This document shows positions 63,781-64,000 of a DNA stretch of 64,000 nucleotides, in pieces. The DNA is from Octopus sinensis. Taxonomy: Eukaryota. Position numbers and translations under genes: made by a program. Within the stretch, counting starts at the first letter, position 1. Every line of letters starts with the position of its first letter. The notes below the pieces were generated by a model that saw only the letters and a program-made list of their open reading frames with translations, was not told the DNA's origin and did no database searches. The DNA lies in the NCBI RefSeq assembly GCF_006345805.1, contig NC_042997.1, forward strand, positions 85,126,001 through 85,190,000, written 5' to 3'.

Positions 63781-64000
63781 TACTGCATGTTGCTAAGAAC
63801 TTCTGCTCTGTACTTGCCATGGCTATGTTGAATAGCTCTTGTCGGGTGTAAGACGGCTCCAGCTATCAGTGGAGCTCATCGCTCGGATCGACCATTGCAT
63901 TCTTGAAGCCGAAAAAGAGAGGCATTTTATCGCTTTCTAGTTGTCAAGGCGAGAAAGAGACTGAATAATAAACAAATTTAAAAGTAGTAGAGGCGGTCAA

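Overview
Eukaryotic, AT-rich, microsatellite-dense animal DNA. The repeat repertoire (tRNA-derived SINEs, RTE/CR1 LINEs, Penelope fragments, (TA)n/(CA)n/(TATC)n tracts) points to an octopus/cephalopod genome; this is inference, not a database result. The only intact host gene is an intronless-CDS Frizzled-4-like Wnt receptor (39864-41681, minus strand). It sits in a ~10 kb zone free of interspersed repeats, with a probable 5'-UTR intron, a uORF and a long 3' UTR. The rest is decayed mobile DNA: one CR1-type LINE, three related RTE LINE copies, an old RTE remnant, two Penelope-like fragments, at least four SINE families and several MITEs. The most interesting signals are: (i) a dispersed set of minimal hammerhead-ribozyme-like motifs in short TA-flanked repeats, one of them downstream of a Penelope GIY-YIG ORF; (ii) an array of ~60-nt multi-hairpin units with compensatory base changes in the RTE 3' UTR; (iii) a C4HC3 PHD-type finger inside the RTE reverse transcriptase; (iv) several long inverted repeats. 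Nearly all other ORFs in the track are microsatellite artefacts. All alignments were done by eye.
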